The translations under genes were made by a program, and so were the position numbers. From contig NC_045696.1 in NCBI RefSeq assembly GCF_009834535.1, positions 4,714,001-4,778,000 on the forward strand: a DNA stretch of 64,000 nucleotides. Reading direction: 5' to 3'. Position 1 is the stretch's first letter. Every line of letters begins with the position of its first letter. The DNA is from Camelus ferus (taxonomy: Eukaryota). Under the pieces are notes generated by a model. That model had not been told where the DNA came from. It worked only from the letters and a program-made list of their open reading frames with translations, and did no database searches. Positions 39,301 through 53,627 of the stretch are shown here, one piece after another.

Positions 39301-41420
39301 GTGTTATATAATTGTTGAGTGGAGTGTTCTTTAAATGTTTATTGTGTTAAATTGGTTTATAGTGTTAACCAAATATTCAAATTTTTTTCAATTTTTTTTC
39401 TACTTGTTTTATCAGTCATAAGGAGAGGCATTTAAAATCTCCCATTAAGAATTTGAGCTTTTTTTTAATCTGTCAACTTTTGCATCATGTTTTAGCTATT
39501 TTGTTAGGTGCATATAAAGTTAGGTTTGTTATTCATTCTTGGTGGAGTGACTCTTAATAATATGAAATACTCCTCTCTATCTCTGATGCTACATTTGTCT
39601 TGAATTATACTATGTCTGGTATAAACAAAGCCATCTAGATTTATGATGCACAGTGGCTGGATAGTATGTTGTTTTTAAACATTTTATTTTCAGCCATCTG
39701 TTTCTTTACATTCTAAATGTACTTCTTGTAGAATGAATACATTTGGATTTTGCTTTTTTAACTAGTCTTTAAGTGGTGTTTAGTTTATTCATATTTAATG
39801 TAATTATCAATATACTTGTGTTTAGATCTTTCATCTTGGTATATGTTTCTTATTTTAATCTCCTGCCTTATTTTAAATGACCAAGTAATTATTTAATTCT
39901 ATTAACTTTTTAAATGTCATTTTTATATAAGTTTTTAGAGGTTGCTAGAAATTAAAATATGTGTCTTTAACTTACCAGAGTCCGATTTCCAATTATATCA
40001 AACTCTATACAAAATGTAGGAACTTCATGATTGTAAATATAAATCCATTTATTCCCCTCCCACTTTTTGTGCTCTTTTATTCTTCTGTGTTCTATGAACC
40101 AGTAAACTCCACAACATGTTGTTACTACTTTTACTCAAACAGTTGCAGCTTTAATCTGTATATGTTATATATATATACACACATATATATGTTTATCTAC
40201 CTATAAATATGTTATATATATTACACAAACATAGATATGTATCTGTACAAACACACACATAAAAAAGATAGTAAATAGATCATTTATTTTTACCTATATA
40301 TTGTTCTTTCTGTGGTTTTCTTTTTTTATCTGCAGACTTGTGCGTCTATCTGGAGTCATAGTCTTCACCCTGAAGTTTTTTTTACATTATTTTTAAAAGA
40401 TTTATCATGTTTGTGGTTTGCTGAGCTTCTTGGATATGTATATTGATGTATTTCATCAATTTAAAATGTAGTGACTGTTGTCTCAAAATATTTTTTTCTC
40501 CTACGTCTTTCTTCTCTCCTTCTGGGACTCCAATTTTTTTTTGCATTGCTTGATTGAATGCTTTGCCTTATTTTATTTTACTTTTAATTCTCTTTACTTT
40601 TTTATTTCTCTGTCTAGATGGTGTCTATTGAGCTGCCTTTGATTTCACCGATTCTTTTCTTTGCTGGGTCCAGTCTGCTAATCAGCCTATCAACTCTTCT
40701 TCCTCTCTGACATCACATAATTCCACTCTGATAGTTCCGTTTGATTTTCGTTTTTACACTTTCCATTTATGTGGTGAAATTCATCATCTACTTCTTACTG
40801 GTTGTCAGCATCTTCCTCGAGATCCTTCATCACAGATACTTTAGAATCTCTGAGTGATAATTCAAACATCTGGGTCATTGCCATATTTGTTTCCATGAAC
40901 TATTTCCTTTTGTAAATGTCAGCCTCTTTTTCTCATTTCTTTGTGTATCTTGTGGGTTTTTTTTTATTTTTTATGCTAAATTTTGTCCCTTTGGGGTAAA
41001 GGGATATTTACCTCTTGGAGGGACATGCCCCCTGTCAGGCTGATGGTGCAAGGCTGCATCAATTTCACACGTAGCTGAGTTGTTCCTGAACTCTGTTGCA
41101 GAGTTGGAATCTGAAGTTAGATTCAGTTCACTACAAACGTCACATGTTATGAAGGTGAGGTTGAAACTTTGCCTTCAGAGGGCTTAGGATCTGTGCACTA
41201 GCAAGACTCTTTAGATCTCTTTGTGCTTTATGGGGCCAGCCACAAGCTTTCCAAACCATAGGAATGCTCTTTCTGCCACAGAGCCATCCTGTCAGCATTC
41301 TGAGTTTCTGGTGCATTCTTTATTCTCTAGATCTATGCATGGCTCTCTGCACCTGAGCGCATCTCTGCCTCTGGCTCTGCCCTCAACCTTTGTACTTGGT
41401 GAACATCCAGTGATCTTCGT
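36385..41420 (-). mobile_element. Old L1ME-type element (3'UTR, ORF2 and ORF1 remnants)
   Basis: 3' end tatatacaataaaatgcac...ccacagaaagttcccttg; ORF 38065-38271 IIHHDQVEFIPEIQ is L1 RT-like; antisense ORF1-like sequence at about 40300-40900. Confidence 0.82.
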
Positions 41421-41766
41421 AGGAATCTCATCTCAGTTCTTCCACGCTTCTCCCACCTTTAGGCAACAATTTTGTTCGCTAAATGTATTCTTGCCTCCTT
41501 ACTTTCCTATCATAAACTTCCTTTGGCTATGTATTAATTATGTGATAAGAAATATCCTATGTTTTGTTATTGTTGTATTAAAATGTATGATATCTTGCTA
41601 TATTGATATCTTAAACCCAGTTTGGGGGAAAGAGGGAGGCATAAAAAACAAAGAAGCAAATAAATGGGGAAAAATGTCCAAGTTTCTTAAACCTTACCTA
41701 AATAGATCATTTCTCACTTAAACAGAAGCTTATGAAAGAAACTATATAGCTCTGGTGCTAGGTGAG

Positions 41767-42188
41767 TGTGCCAGTCAGGGTCCACTACAGAAGCAGAACC
41801 TGTAGGAGATGGATAGGTGATGGACAGACAGAGATGCATTTCAGGGGATTAGGCTCACACAGTTATGGAGCTGCAGTGGGTAAGTCTGAAGTCCTTAGGG
41901 TAAGCCATCGGGGCAGGCTGGGAACTGGGGCAGGAGCTGATGCTGCAGTCTACAGGGAAAATGTCTTCTTTCTCAGGGAAAGCCCATTTCTACTTTAAGG
42001 TCTTTTCACTGATAAGATGATGCTGACTCAGATTATCCAGGGTCATCTCCTTTACGTAAACAAGTCAGCCAACTGCTGATGTTTACTGTACCTGCAGAGT
42101 ACCTTTTTGGCAACTCCTAGACTAGTGTTTGGCTGAATATATGGGTGCTACAGCCCAGCTCCAAATTGACACATAAAACTGGCTGTCT
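41767..42188 (-). mobile_element. MLT2 (ERVL) solo LTR, MLT2D-like
   Basis: tgccagtcagggtcca...aagtctgaa...cttctttctcagggaaa...cctagactagtgtttggctgaa...ttgacacataaaact. Confidence 0.85.
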
Positions 42189-43499
42189 TGATAGGTAAGG
42201 GTATATTCTACAACGGGGTACAGTACGTGTGAAGTCATGAACCTTGTGTAAGGGAGAAAATGAAAGGGTTCCTCATCTGTTCATCATTCCACAGAAATTC
42301 ATGCTGGGCTGAGTACTGTGGACAGGGCATAGGGCTGGGAATTGGGGACCCTCTCTGTGTATCGTGACTCTCCTTTCTTATAAGCCTGAGAGAAATCCTA
42401 CTAAGCAGGGGGATAAACATTCTGTCTGGGTTTAGGTATCAGCTGCTACTGGAATATTCTGAGAGAGCCAGCAGCCCAGCACCTGGAGACCCCCAGGCCC
42501 ATGGGAAGGTGCAGTCCCTTCTGTCAGGGGGAGAAGCCTTACTCAGATACAGCCCTTATGCCAGCAGGAGGGGGCCCTGCTTCCAGTTGGCCCACTGTCC
42601 TGAGTGAACCCCCAGGGCCACTCTCAGATTATTCTGCTCACTGCACCAGAACAGTCTATAGGGTATACATCAGAATGTTAACAGAAGGCGTTTTGTTTTG
42701 GCAAGCTATGATTATGTGATCATGGTTCATTTTTTTTCCTACCTTTATTTACAGAAGTTTTTACAATGTGAATATATTAATTTTATAATAAAAAACAATA
42801 CAACTATTAGCATTTTGAACGAAAATGGAAATGGGTTTATATTCCTTGAGGAAGAAAATAGAATTCTTAACATTTGTTTCTTTTCCATAAGTCCACCTGT
42901 AATTCCTGTGAGCTTCTCCCTCAGTGTCCATCCTGGAGTGTCTGGGGATCACAGTGGTCCATGGGGACAACAAAGAATGCTCTAAACCTCGAGAGCTCCC
43001 CTTTGTGGGGAACGGGATACCTTGTACATACAGGGTATTGGAAATGGTTAATCCAAAGTTGGTGTCTTTTTTTTTTTAAAAAAAACTAGACCAGCCAACC
43101 TTAAAGAAAAAAAATTGAATCATATCCTAAAACACCTTGTTCCCTAATAAATTTAGCTCAGTAACTTTGCTAATATGCTCTCTGTTCTTTTTGCTTTATA
43201 AGAAACTGTCAGATTGGTATAAAATTTAGATAAGAAATTCTGGCACATAAGAATTTGAAAGGGGAAACAAAGGGTGGGACACACGCATTCTGCATCCCTT
43301 GCTGAACACTTTAGTTAGATATAGTTTGTATAGCAGAAGGGAAAAGATGAACAGACAGAAAAAATATTAGGCTACACTACCAGGAATGCTAGATCAAGAG
43401 TTGCAGTTTCGTAGGGAAAAAATCCTCATAGAAAATAACAAAAATATCCTAAAGTCTGAATTTTAACGTTTTTCAAACCAGTTTCTGATAATTCTCGAA

Positions 43500-43720
43500 T
43501 GATTCAATTTAACAGGTAATACTCACCTAGTGCTTGCGTTGTGCCTGACACTAACCTAGGTGTCAGGAATAATAGTACAACAGTGAATGAAACATGCTAA
43601 TGCTTGCCCTTGTAGAGCTAATGTTCCAGTGAGGAGGGTCAGGTGACGGTCACAACACATAAGTCAGTTATGAAGTATGTTAAAAGTGATAATTAAAGAA
43701 GGCAGAGTTGAGGAGGAGAA
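43500..43720 (-). mobile_element. L2 fragment
   Basis: gattcaatttaacag...gtgcctgacact...acagtgaatgaaaca...tgcccttgtagagcta. Confidence 0.65.
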
Positions 43721-44114
43721 GTGGGCTGTAAAGTGAGAATTATCATAAGAGAAAATACAAAGGTGCTACTTGATCCTTTCCCTGAAGTGGGACCTGTTTG
43801 GTTTAGCCCACTTTGTCGTGGGTAACTGACGAAAATGGCTCCAATTTCATGATATTTACTTAGTCTGAATGATCCAGTTTGGTCTTAGGAGTAAACAATG
43901 AGAGACTTCTGTGATCTCGCCACTCAGTGTTCACTGGCCTGCAGAGTGGATTACATTTTTCTTGCTCTTTGATGGAGAGAGGAGAAGCAGAAACAAGAGC
44001 CCTGGTTGTGTCTTAGCAACAAAGACACGTGGCATGAAGAAGTGCATGGCTTTGTGCAAGGGCTGTGCCATTATGGTTGTTGAAAGACTGGACTGCTGGC
44101 CTGAGCGACCCCGA

Positions 44115-44330
44115 AGCCTGGCCGACTTACCGGCTAACGCAGTAGGCACAGTGTCTAGGGCCACAATAATTTTAGGAGCCCATGAAAGTGTTTTAATTTT
44201 TTTTAAATCAGAAGAAAAAAATGAACCTATTCTAGCCCAGACTGCATTTGTCTTTCTACTGCCAGTCATAAAATATAATTTTTAACAGTTTTCACGGAGG
44301 AAAGACCCATGAATGTCTTAATGTGGCACT
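44115..44330 (+). mobile_element. ORSL (hAT-Tip100)
   Basis: cagtaggcacagtgtctagggccac...ttttaggagcccatgaaagtgttttaatt...aaatcagaagaaaaaaatgaac...gtcataaaatataattttt. Confidence 0.8.
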
Positions 44331-44399
44331 ACCCACAGCCCTGTGCCTTTCACAGTAATATTGCCAACACCCCCTCCTTCTGTTTTGTTACTATTTGGC

Positions 44400-44722
44400 A
44401 TTTCTCCTTCACACTGAAGGAAAGATGCTTATGCATATAGAATGGGGGCATCAACCTGCACTCATGCCTTCTCATGCACCATAAAGAGATGCCTACGGAG
44501 GAGCACTGAGGCCAACTGTCACCTTGCACAGTGCCCAGCGCCAGGCAGCACTGGCATGCATGTCTCTTAAATGAGTGAATAATTGAGTGAATGAATGAAT
44601 GCTTGAGCTAATGAATGAGTAAATACTTCTGTGAATGATTAAGTGAATTAATAAATTCTTAAGTGAATAAATGAGTGGATGAGTGCTTGAGTGAATGAAT
44701 GGATGAGTGAATGAATGGATGC
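44400..44722 (+). mobile_element. L2 3' end with expanded (TGAA/TGAG)n tail
   Basis: cagtgcccagcgccaggca followed by about 150 bp of degenerate gaat/gagt repeats (44570-44722). Confidence 0.7.
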
Positions 44723-45098
44723 CTGTGGTGGTGGTGATGATGTTATTTCCTTTTCTCTTTCACTGACTGCTTTTTGTTTCAGAGAAATGTGGCACCAACC
44801 CCACTGAATATTTCAAACAATGAGGTTGTTTTAAAAGCATTCTGTACCACACCATGCCTGCTGCCTTGAACCAAAGGGAGAATTAGAAATAATTTGGAAC
44901 TCAGATAAAGATAAACTTGCTAAATCCAGTCCTTGATAAATTCAAGTTACTTTTGAGCAGTGAAGACTGTATTGGGTGGTGAGCATCAGGGTGGAAAGCC
45001 AAATCATGATAAACTTGATTCTTGAGAATCACTGACCCCCTAGAGAGACTTAAACCATTTAGGTGCCATTGAGGGTCACAGGTCCAGCCATCGCCATC

Positions 45099-45175
45099 TT
45101 TTTTTTTTTTTTTTTAATTGAAGTATAGTCAGTTACATTGTGTCCATTTCTGGTGAGTAGCACAATGTCCCAGTC
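45099..45175 (-). mobile_element. Very short L1 3' terminus
   Basis: Poly-T followed by aattgaagtatagtcagttacattgtgtccatttctggtg. Confidence 0.8.
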
Positions 45176-47909
45176 TTTTAATGTAGAGCAGTTTACATGG
45201 GATTCCCTTGATGATGTTATTGAGGTTCCATCATATTTTCATCTTTTCCCTTGCCTGTGCGATGAAGTGTTAAGCATATGTTGGGCTGTGGCATCCTGCC
45301 ACCACCTCAGAAAATATTCTCAGACAGGCCTGGCTCTTCCAGAGCTGCAGTGTTCCGGCATCAACGGTGCCAAATGCTTCTGCACCGTCTCCTGAAGCAC
45401 ATGCTTACGGTAGGCTAATTGGAAAACCCTGAACCATGAAATTTAGGACAATAATAACATGTGTGAAAGTGGGAAAAGGATGAAAGCTAAATGGTCCATT
45501 TAGCAGAGGGGAAATAGAACTGGGCTTAAATCGGGACTTAAATGTCTACCCTCTCAGTTTGAGAATTCACATTTCAGCTTTATTTATGCCTCTTTTCATG
45601 AAGCTTCTGTTAGCGGGCAAGCAAAGTTTACATAAAAGGATGCATATTTGTCGGTGTGTGTGTATCGGGAGTGGGGGACGGGCACATGTGGAAATGACAG
45701 GAGATATAGTGGTCCAGTTTTCCAGTGAAAGGCTGGGGGTTTGGAGGAAGATCTTTATGGATCCCTAACTGTAGCTGAAATTGAGTCATTAGGAACTATC
45801 TCCCCTCTCTTAAAGTTGAATCTTGCCTTTTTACATAATGTTAAAGAAAAATGTGGACAGGAACCATGAGCCCTTCCACAGAGAGGGAGTCTGGCTGCTG
45901 CCTTTGTACATCTTGAAGACCTCAAGGCACTGACTGCAAACATATGAGAGTTGATGATAATTCAGAAGCCATTTATAACGTAGGGACAACAATTGAGCTT
46001 TGTGGAAATAAATTCCAGTTTAAATCTGATATGTTACTTATCCTGGCTGTTCCTCTTGTAGGACTTATCTCTATGGCGACAGTCGTGAGCCTTCTCCATA
46101 GCACATTAGCATCTTAGCATTCTTTTGTTGGGATTGACATCAATCAGATGTCTGAAATCCTGGATGGTCTGGAGCCAGTTCAAAGACCCAGGACCCCCAC
46201 TCTGACCACTGAGAGTTTATCTTGTAGCTACAGATGGCTTCTTCTCGTTTCTATGAGAGTAGACCTTCCTCTTTGTTCTGTTCTCCAAGTTACAGTGTCT
46301 TCTTAACTAATTGCCCCAGATGCTGCCAAATTGTTAGGTGATAGAGGCTTCACTGGCCACATGGGTCATTCAGACATAGATGTCCAGCATCCCTGGGGCA
46401 TGGCCTGTCCCAAGAAGAGAAGCCTGTACCTTGGCTGGCAGAGGAGAGCATGTGGGCAAAAGCTACAGTCTTGTGTCTTTACTTGGTAGTCTCAGCAGCA
46501 TTATTACCTTAAAGTATTATTGAAGAGGTACCACCTTGGGGTAATGTGCTTGGGGGAAGCAGCATTCTCTCTGTACCCTACCCCTGCCCATCCGAAACCC
46601 TGCCTCCCTCCCCTCCAGCTTCCAGGTACCCATCCTGGGTGCAGGGAAAGAAACTAGATCAATACAGTGCATTTTGTAGGCACACCAATTTTCCTTAATG
46701 CAAGATAATTTCTCATGCTAATTCTGTATTAGAAAAAACTGGCACATACTATGGATAAAACGTGGTTTCACACATTTTTGCGTCAGACACAAACTTCAAG
46801 AAATTTGGTATCTGCAAGAGGACACTTGAGGATCTGGCCTGGTCAGTTTCCTGTCACTATTTCAAAGCTGTGAGTCTGTTACGGTGTTTCAGGCTGTGTC
46901 TTCACCTCTCTCTCTCCTCTTCTGCCAAAGTCAGTCCTCTCCTTTTCTCAGTGTGTCAGGGCTTCTGTTCTTCAGACCGCTGTCCACCCACCTTTCAGCT
47001 TCTGCCTGCTCCCTGTCTGCTGATACCTTTGCAGGTCAACCATGGAAGCTCCCCAGGCGGAGGGTCTCGCAGGGCACAGCCCTCCCCTACAGGCCAGCCT
47101 CAGGACCAAACAGCTGTGGCAGGAAGGTGAGTCTTGTAGGACAAAGCATGACCCTTCAGGACAGAGACCTGGGGGGACAGGATCAGGGAGCTTTTCAGAG
47201 CTTCTCAGACAGGGCCATGGGGGCCTAGGGGCCCCGCTGCATGGTCTGACCTGCAGTCAGCTCCCCCTTTCTCTCCTTAGGGGCCATTTCTCTCTCTCTC
47301 TCTGTCTTCTGTGCAGTTTTTAACTCAACCCTTCTTTCACCTGCTGCTGTAGGCTATGGAGCTCACCTTAAAATAAGGCTTGAGAACCATACAGATGCTC
47401 CTGTTTACCATGAAAACCACAGAGGGTTACATGCAGAGGAGACAGGAGAGCTTCCTTGAGTGGAGATAATGCGGGAGGCTGAGTGCAGCCCAGTGTTTGG
47501 GGGTCTGGCCTTGGGAAATGGATAAACCAGGATTGTATCTGCAGGCATGAGTTTGGCTAATTTATTCAACCCCTTTGAGGTTATTTCCAGAAGAGAGACA
47601 AGAAAGAATGCAGTGATTAAAAGAAATAACAAGACCAGTTGCTCTCAACACTAAGTCTAACTACCCTTTTGATAACAAATATTTTGGAAAAACTCTCAAC
47701 TTACTGAAGTGAAATTTATAAGTAATATTTCCCACCTGCCCACATACCTGGTCTGCATTTCTGGGTGTCTCATCAACAGGGATTCAGCGTGGAGGGGCAA
47801 ACCTCCAGCCTCTTGTGCTTGAGCATGTATGTAGTGAAACACATATTTTATTAAAAACTGGTTTTTGTGAATCCTGTCTTTAGATGATTATTAATTCAAC
47901 ATATTGAGT

Positions 47910-48285
47910 TTTTAATAGCTTTATTCAGGCTGAAATTACATATCATTAAATTCACCCATTTTACATGTACAATTTAATGTTTAGTATATTTACAGAGTTA
48001 TGAAACCTCAACCAAAATCTAATTTTGAAACATTTCCATTAACCCATAAAGAAAACCCACCACGCCATGAGCAGTCATTCCACATTTCTGCCCCAACCTT
48101 AGGCAACCTCTAATCTACTTTCTGTTGTTTTTTATATCTGTTGATTTTCACTTATCATAATGCTTTTGAAATTGTGGCAGTACTTTGTTCCTTTTTATTG
48201 TTAAAAAATATTTCCCATGTGGATATGTCGCCTTTTGTTTAGCCATTCATGAGTCATAAGTGATGATGCTACAAATACCTGTACA
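47910..48285 (-). mobile_element. L1MB 3'UTR fragment
   Basis: aatagctttattcagg...aaattcacccatttta...ggcaacctctaatctactttctg. Confidence 0.82.
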
Positions 48286-48726
48286 GGAGACCCTTACAAA
48301 TGTTCAGTCACTGCGTGGTTAGGAAAGTGATACCGGTTTTTATTTTCAAGAGTACCGTTGGTGTCTCTAAATGGGTGAATGACCCTAGTGAAGTTCTGAG
48401 CTACAAAAACATATTGCCTTCCTTTAGCTGACAGAGTAGTCACATTCTTGAAAATTTCAGTACACTTTAGAACTGGGTACAAAAAATACTCGTAAGCTAA
48501 ATAGAATTAGACTGTAGGTTCTGATAATGATAAACAGGTTCCTCATCTATGTTAACATACAAAAGGCTTGTGAGACTCGGGGATGGTTATTCACTATGTG
48601 GGGTTGGCCTGCATACTTAGGGCCTCTGGAATCCCTGCGTCTCCCTCCACTGGGCTCCAGTCATAAGGGAACACACAATCCCCACAGGTTTTCAGAGTCG
48701 CCTTGAACATGGAACCTCCCCCCACC

Positions 48727-48797
48727 TTTTTAAAAAATTTCTTATTGACATATAGTCAGTTTACAATATTGTGTCAATTTCTGGTGTATAGCATGAT
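48727..48797 (-). mobile_element. Very short L1 3' terminus
   Basis: ttattgacatatagtcagtttacaatattgtgtcaatttctggtgtatagca; flanked by atggaacctcc / atggaaactcc. Confidence 0.75.
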
Positions 48798-49857
48798 GGA
48801 AACTCCTCAGTGACACTGTGCAGACAGGACCGACAAAGTCGGACGTTCACTGGCTGTTTATGTGTGTCAGTCATCACACTCCTGTTGGGCAGGCTCCCTC
48901 CGCGGTGTCTGGGCAACAGTCCCGGGAACTAGGGCAGCCTCGGAGAGGGGAGCAAAGTGGCCCACAGCCACCTGGACTGTAGGAGGCATGGCTGGGAGGT
49001 ACTCAGTACCCTCCCCAAGGCTGTGCCCCAAAACAGGACAAAGAAGAGCCGGAGACGCTGATAGAAAAGTAGCAGGAAGAGGGTGGTGGGAGGAGCACTG
49101 AATAAATACAACAGCCCCGCCTGTCCACTCTAGCTTATCTGTGTGTTCCCCCAGATTTACTCTGAAGATTAAGTACTCGGCTTCCGGGAAGAACCTGGAT
49201 AAAACAGACTTACCGTTGTTTTCATTTCTGCTCTTCATGAGAAAATTCGTGCTTGATAATTTTTTTTCCTGCAGATGGTCTGTTTTGACACTAAAGCCCT
49301 TTGTCCCCAGTGTGGTAACTGTATGCTTCTCTCCAAAACAAATTTGGGGAAAAACTGCCAAAAATATTTTATGGTGATTTCTTTTTCCATATTTGGGAAG
49401 CCTGACCCAATGCATGTATTGCCGTAATGATTAAATTTAACGACGGGGAGAGAGTAGGTGTCTCATTAATTGATGAGGAGAAAGGCTGAGGCTCAGAGAG
49501 TTCCGGTCCTGGTCTCAGGCAGTGACTGAGCCTTAAAATCACACTTTCAGCTTTTTATTCTGGACTACCCCTGCCACTTCTCCATTACAATGCACTTTTA
49601 TAGGACGCATTTTTTGTTGTTGTTTTAGTTTTCATGATTTTATAGCTTTGCTTCCAAACATGTGACTGAAACCATGAGTTACTAAACCAGCTGTAGGTTT
49701 TCATTCACTGACATTTTATAAAACATATATAGTATATATGTTTTTCAAAAACAAGGTAACAGCATTGATCTGGTAGACCTTTGCCAACTCCTAGATTGGT
49801 TTTTCATTTCCTCACTACCATGTGCTTGTAGATTGCATGACTTCGGGTAACTTTAAG

Positions 49858-49970
49858 TAGGGTGACTAACTGACCAGGTCATCCAGGGACAGAGGGGTAA
49901 TCAGGATGAATGACTTTCAGCATAAAAACCTGGACAATCCTGGGCAAACCGGGCAGGTTAGTCACCCTCC
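49858..49970. mobile_element. MER81 (hAT-Blackjack MITE)
   Basis: TIRs tagggtgactaac ... gttagtcaccctc; about 112 bp; internal cctgggcaaaccggg. Confidence 0.88.
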
Positions 49971-50736
49971 AAGTTGTTTCAATTTGCAAGTATTTCCTGG
50001 CAGTGTTGCCACTTTGTGATGCAGCTGCCCCCCTGACAGTGGCCTCCTCCTCTCTGTGTGAGCTTTACTGCGGAAGGAGTCAGCCTGCCTCATGCCCATC
50101 AGCCACTGCCTCTGTCAGCCAGAATCCAGACATGCTTTTTTTTAGCATCTCCCTCCTGTCCACTGAGTTTCTGTGTGTGGACTGCCGAAGTCCCACCACT
50201 GTCACCTCCATGGTCCTTTTTCTAGGGCAGGTTCTGTGTGTATTGTGGTGACAGCTCCCTTCCCTTTACCCTTTTAAGGCTCTCCGGGTGACCTCCAGCA
50301 GCACCGGGTGGTAAAACACAAGACTTTGGCTTTCCACACGCAGACACACGGTGGAGCGCCGGCTTAGGATCTGTATAATTTTGTGTAATTATATTCAATT
50401 GCTCACTCAATCTCTGATGACTTTCTAATGAGCTGTTATTTGCAGAGGTAGTAGAAAAATCAGTTCAGGAAGAGATGATGTTGTGAAGGAAATAAATAGG
50501 AAAGTGATGAGTGAGGGGGGGAGGGCTTAGAGGCGAACACAGCTCTCAGCTTTCTCTGAGGCTGTGCTCGTCTGGGGAGGGAGCCACTACGTGATGCTGT
50601 GAGGACCCCAAAAAGAGGGAGATTATGTCACAGGAGTTGAACACACCCCTCATTAAGTGAGGCCAATATGTGGGGAAAGTCAGTAAAATGGGCAGATGGC
50701 CAGGTTTGTTTAGTTTCTGAAGAAGTCAGAGGAGCC

Positions 50737-51378
50737 TTTTTATTTAAAGACTTTATATTTCTGAGCAGTTTTAGGTTCACTCAAAATTAAGAAGGAGAAG
50801 TAGAAGGTACGGAGGGGAAGGTACAGAGAATTTCCATATACTCTCTGCTCCGACACACACCCAGCCTCCCCCAGGGTCAACGTCCCCATTAAAGTGGTGC
50901 ATTTGTTACAATCCGTGAACCTACATCAGTTCATCATTGTCCTCCAGAGTCCGTAGTTTACATCCGGGTTCTCTCTTGGTGCTGTAATTTCTGTAGGTTT
51001 GGAAAATTGTACAATGACATGTTTCTACCATTACAGTACCCAAAAAAATCATTTCAGTGTCCTAAAATCCTCTGTTAACCGTTTCATTCCCTCCCTTCCC
51101 TCACCCCCAGCTGTTGGCAACCACTAATCTTTTTACTCTCTCTGTAATTTTGCCTTTTCCAGAATGTCATGGAGTTGGAATCATCCAGTTCATGGTCTTT
51201 TCAGATTGGTTTCTTTCATTTAATAATATGCATTTAAGTTTCATATCTGTCTTTTCACGGCTTGATAGTTTCCTTTTTATCACTGATTAATACGTCCATT
51301 GTCTGGATGTACCAGTTTATTTATCCCTTCAAGCTGAAGGATATCTTGATTACTTCTAAGATTTGGCAACTATAATTG
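50737..51378 (-). mobile_element. L1MC1-like 3'UTR
   Basis: gagcagttttaggttcac...gtggtgcatttgttacaat...ttttccagaatgtcat...aatatgcatttaag. Confidence 0.88.
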
Positions 51379-53173
51379 AAGTCCCTTTTAAATAATGAAA
51401 AGTATGTAAAATGAACAGTTTAAAAAGTGAAATATGCCTAGATGTTGTTTTAAAAAATCAAAATATACACAAAGGGCTCCCAAATCGAGGCTCCCTTAGT
51501 ACTTTTACTACTAGTTCTGTTAATTTCTGAAGCAATTTCAGTAACTGCCTGTATATGCCTTCTCGTCTCCAAAAATGGAATCAACTACTTTGTCCATTTG
51601 CTTTGGTCATTACTCTATTTCATGAAAGAGTGTCATTGTGAGATCTGGGATTTTGAACTAAAATTTGGAAAAAAGAGAGAAAGAAAAGAAGACTATTTCC
51701 CTGTGACAGTCCTCCACAAATCCCATGTTTTACTAAGATGTAAACCATTTAAAGAAAAGCCAGAGGAAATAGAGGAAATGAGGTGTCATTTCACCAAACA
51801 AAAGTTGAAGGCTGACCATATAAATGGTCTCCAATAGCAGCCCTGAAAGCAGTGATCTGTCACTGTGTAAACAGAGCTAGCTGAAACAGACTTAAATAAA
51901 AACAGGGTGGTTTACGTTCTTCCTACGAACTTTCTGCCTGTGAGAAAATGAATGACATGTATTTAACATGTGCATGAGAACACACTTTCTGTAGATTGTA
52001 CTTTCTGGGGATTTGTGTACCCCTGAAAAGAACTGTTGTGTGTGGAATATGTTGTCACAAGGGAGTGCTGAGTACATGCATATTTAGTCTGAACGACTAA
52101 ACGGTTTCCAACAAGGGTTCCATTTTTGACTAGTTATCACCACCTTTAGCTCAGGTCATGAGGCAGGTATGGAAATGAGGGTCACCCCGCCTAGGCTACA
52201 GACCATCATCTCCTTATCAATCCAAAATCTGAATCCTTAGCTATTATACTCTGCCATTCAATCTACTGTTGGCAGCGTCAAAGTTGGCTATTGCAGATTT
52301 TTCTTTCTTTCCCCAAAGAAGCATTTATCAGTGTTTGTCAACCCCTGACACCTAGTGTAATCCCCACAAACAGTGAGGACTTAGTATAAGATTAACAGTG
52401 GGAGACTGAAAACGCTCATGTCTTCACCTGGTTCAGCATGGGACAGATGTCAGCCTCAAGGTGCTTGTGGCTAGTCACAGAAACATGGGGTCATGGAATT
52501 TGGAGCTAGCCAGGGATTTCCAGATGGCACCCTCCAGCTCCCCACCCAAAGCAGGAGTCCCTGGAAGAGCCCTTTGGCCTTCCTGACTGCTTTTTTTCCA
52601 GTCCTGCTCTGAGGTTTTCCAGGCACGTCCTACTTCACAGGCACCTTATTCCATTGATGCACATAGGAGCCTTCCGTGTGTTGAGGCGACGTATGTGAAC
52701 TCACGGGGAAGCCTGCCACGTGGTTGTGACACCTTCTCATCTTACTGTTCCAAGAGCAATAGTGGATGAGAATTTGGCCAAAGTGTTGAGTCTAAAAAGC
52801 AGAAAATTTTGAAAGCAGAAATACAGCCTTTATAGGGAGTGACAAGGTGCTAGAGAATCTTTGTGCTGCTCCATTTCAGGAGTAATAAGATGACTTTCAT
52901 ATGACTTGTATGTCTTGAACCATTGATATTTTATACTTGCAAAATTTTATCTGTTGTGTAAATGAGATCCTCAGGCCCCAGAACTACAACATGGACTTCT
53001 AATGAGTTCTGCTTCTTCACCCTCATGTGGGGAATTTTCATCGTTTTCTATAATGGGCACTTCCTACTGATACCCCTACACACACCCAAAGATACCAACT
53101 TACAGGGCTGTCTGTACTTTACAGCAAAGCAGAAGGAACAAGAACCGCAGTTTCAGATGCGTTCTTATGTATA

Positions 53174-53390
53174 CAGGCGACCCTTGAACAACACAAGTTT
53201 GAAGTGTGTGGGTCCACTTACACTTGGATTTTTTTCAATAGTAAATACTGTGGTTCTACACAATCCATGATTAGTTCAATCCATGGACACAGAACCACAG
53301 ATCTGGAGGGCCAACTGTAAATTATATTCAGATTTTGGACTGTGCAGGGAGGCAGGGTCCCTAACCCCTGCCTTGTTCAAGGGTCAACTG
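53174..53390. mobile_element. Tigger1-derived MITE (Tigger1a-like)
   Basis: TA|caggcgacccttgaacaa ... ttgttcaagggtcaactg|TA; 217 bp. Confidence 0.92.
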
Positions 53391-53627
53391 TATATTTTTC
53401 TCATTCTCTTAGTGATAGTTTGTCAAGTGGCACAGGAGAAATAAAGGAAAAAATAATAATTAAAAAGAATATTTTAATATGGCTTCCAAAAACTGTTAGT
53501 TCAAGTGATTCTAATTTGTTTTGGTAGCGTGAGGTGGAAGATAAATATTTTTCTTTTCTTGACTGTATTCTGATGCCCAAGAGACAAGGGTAACAGATTG
53601 TCAGCTGTTGCCTTTATTAAAAGAAAA

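Noticed and set aside
44784..44825. Good acceptor with branch point followed by a 42-nt open stretch
   Set aside because: The donor gttgtt is poor and the peptide is unrecognised.
48867..49415. 182-aa minus-strand ORF
   Set aside because: No recognisable domain, and overlapping ORFs in other frames are consistent with chance in GC-richer DNA.
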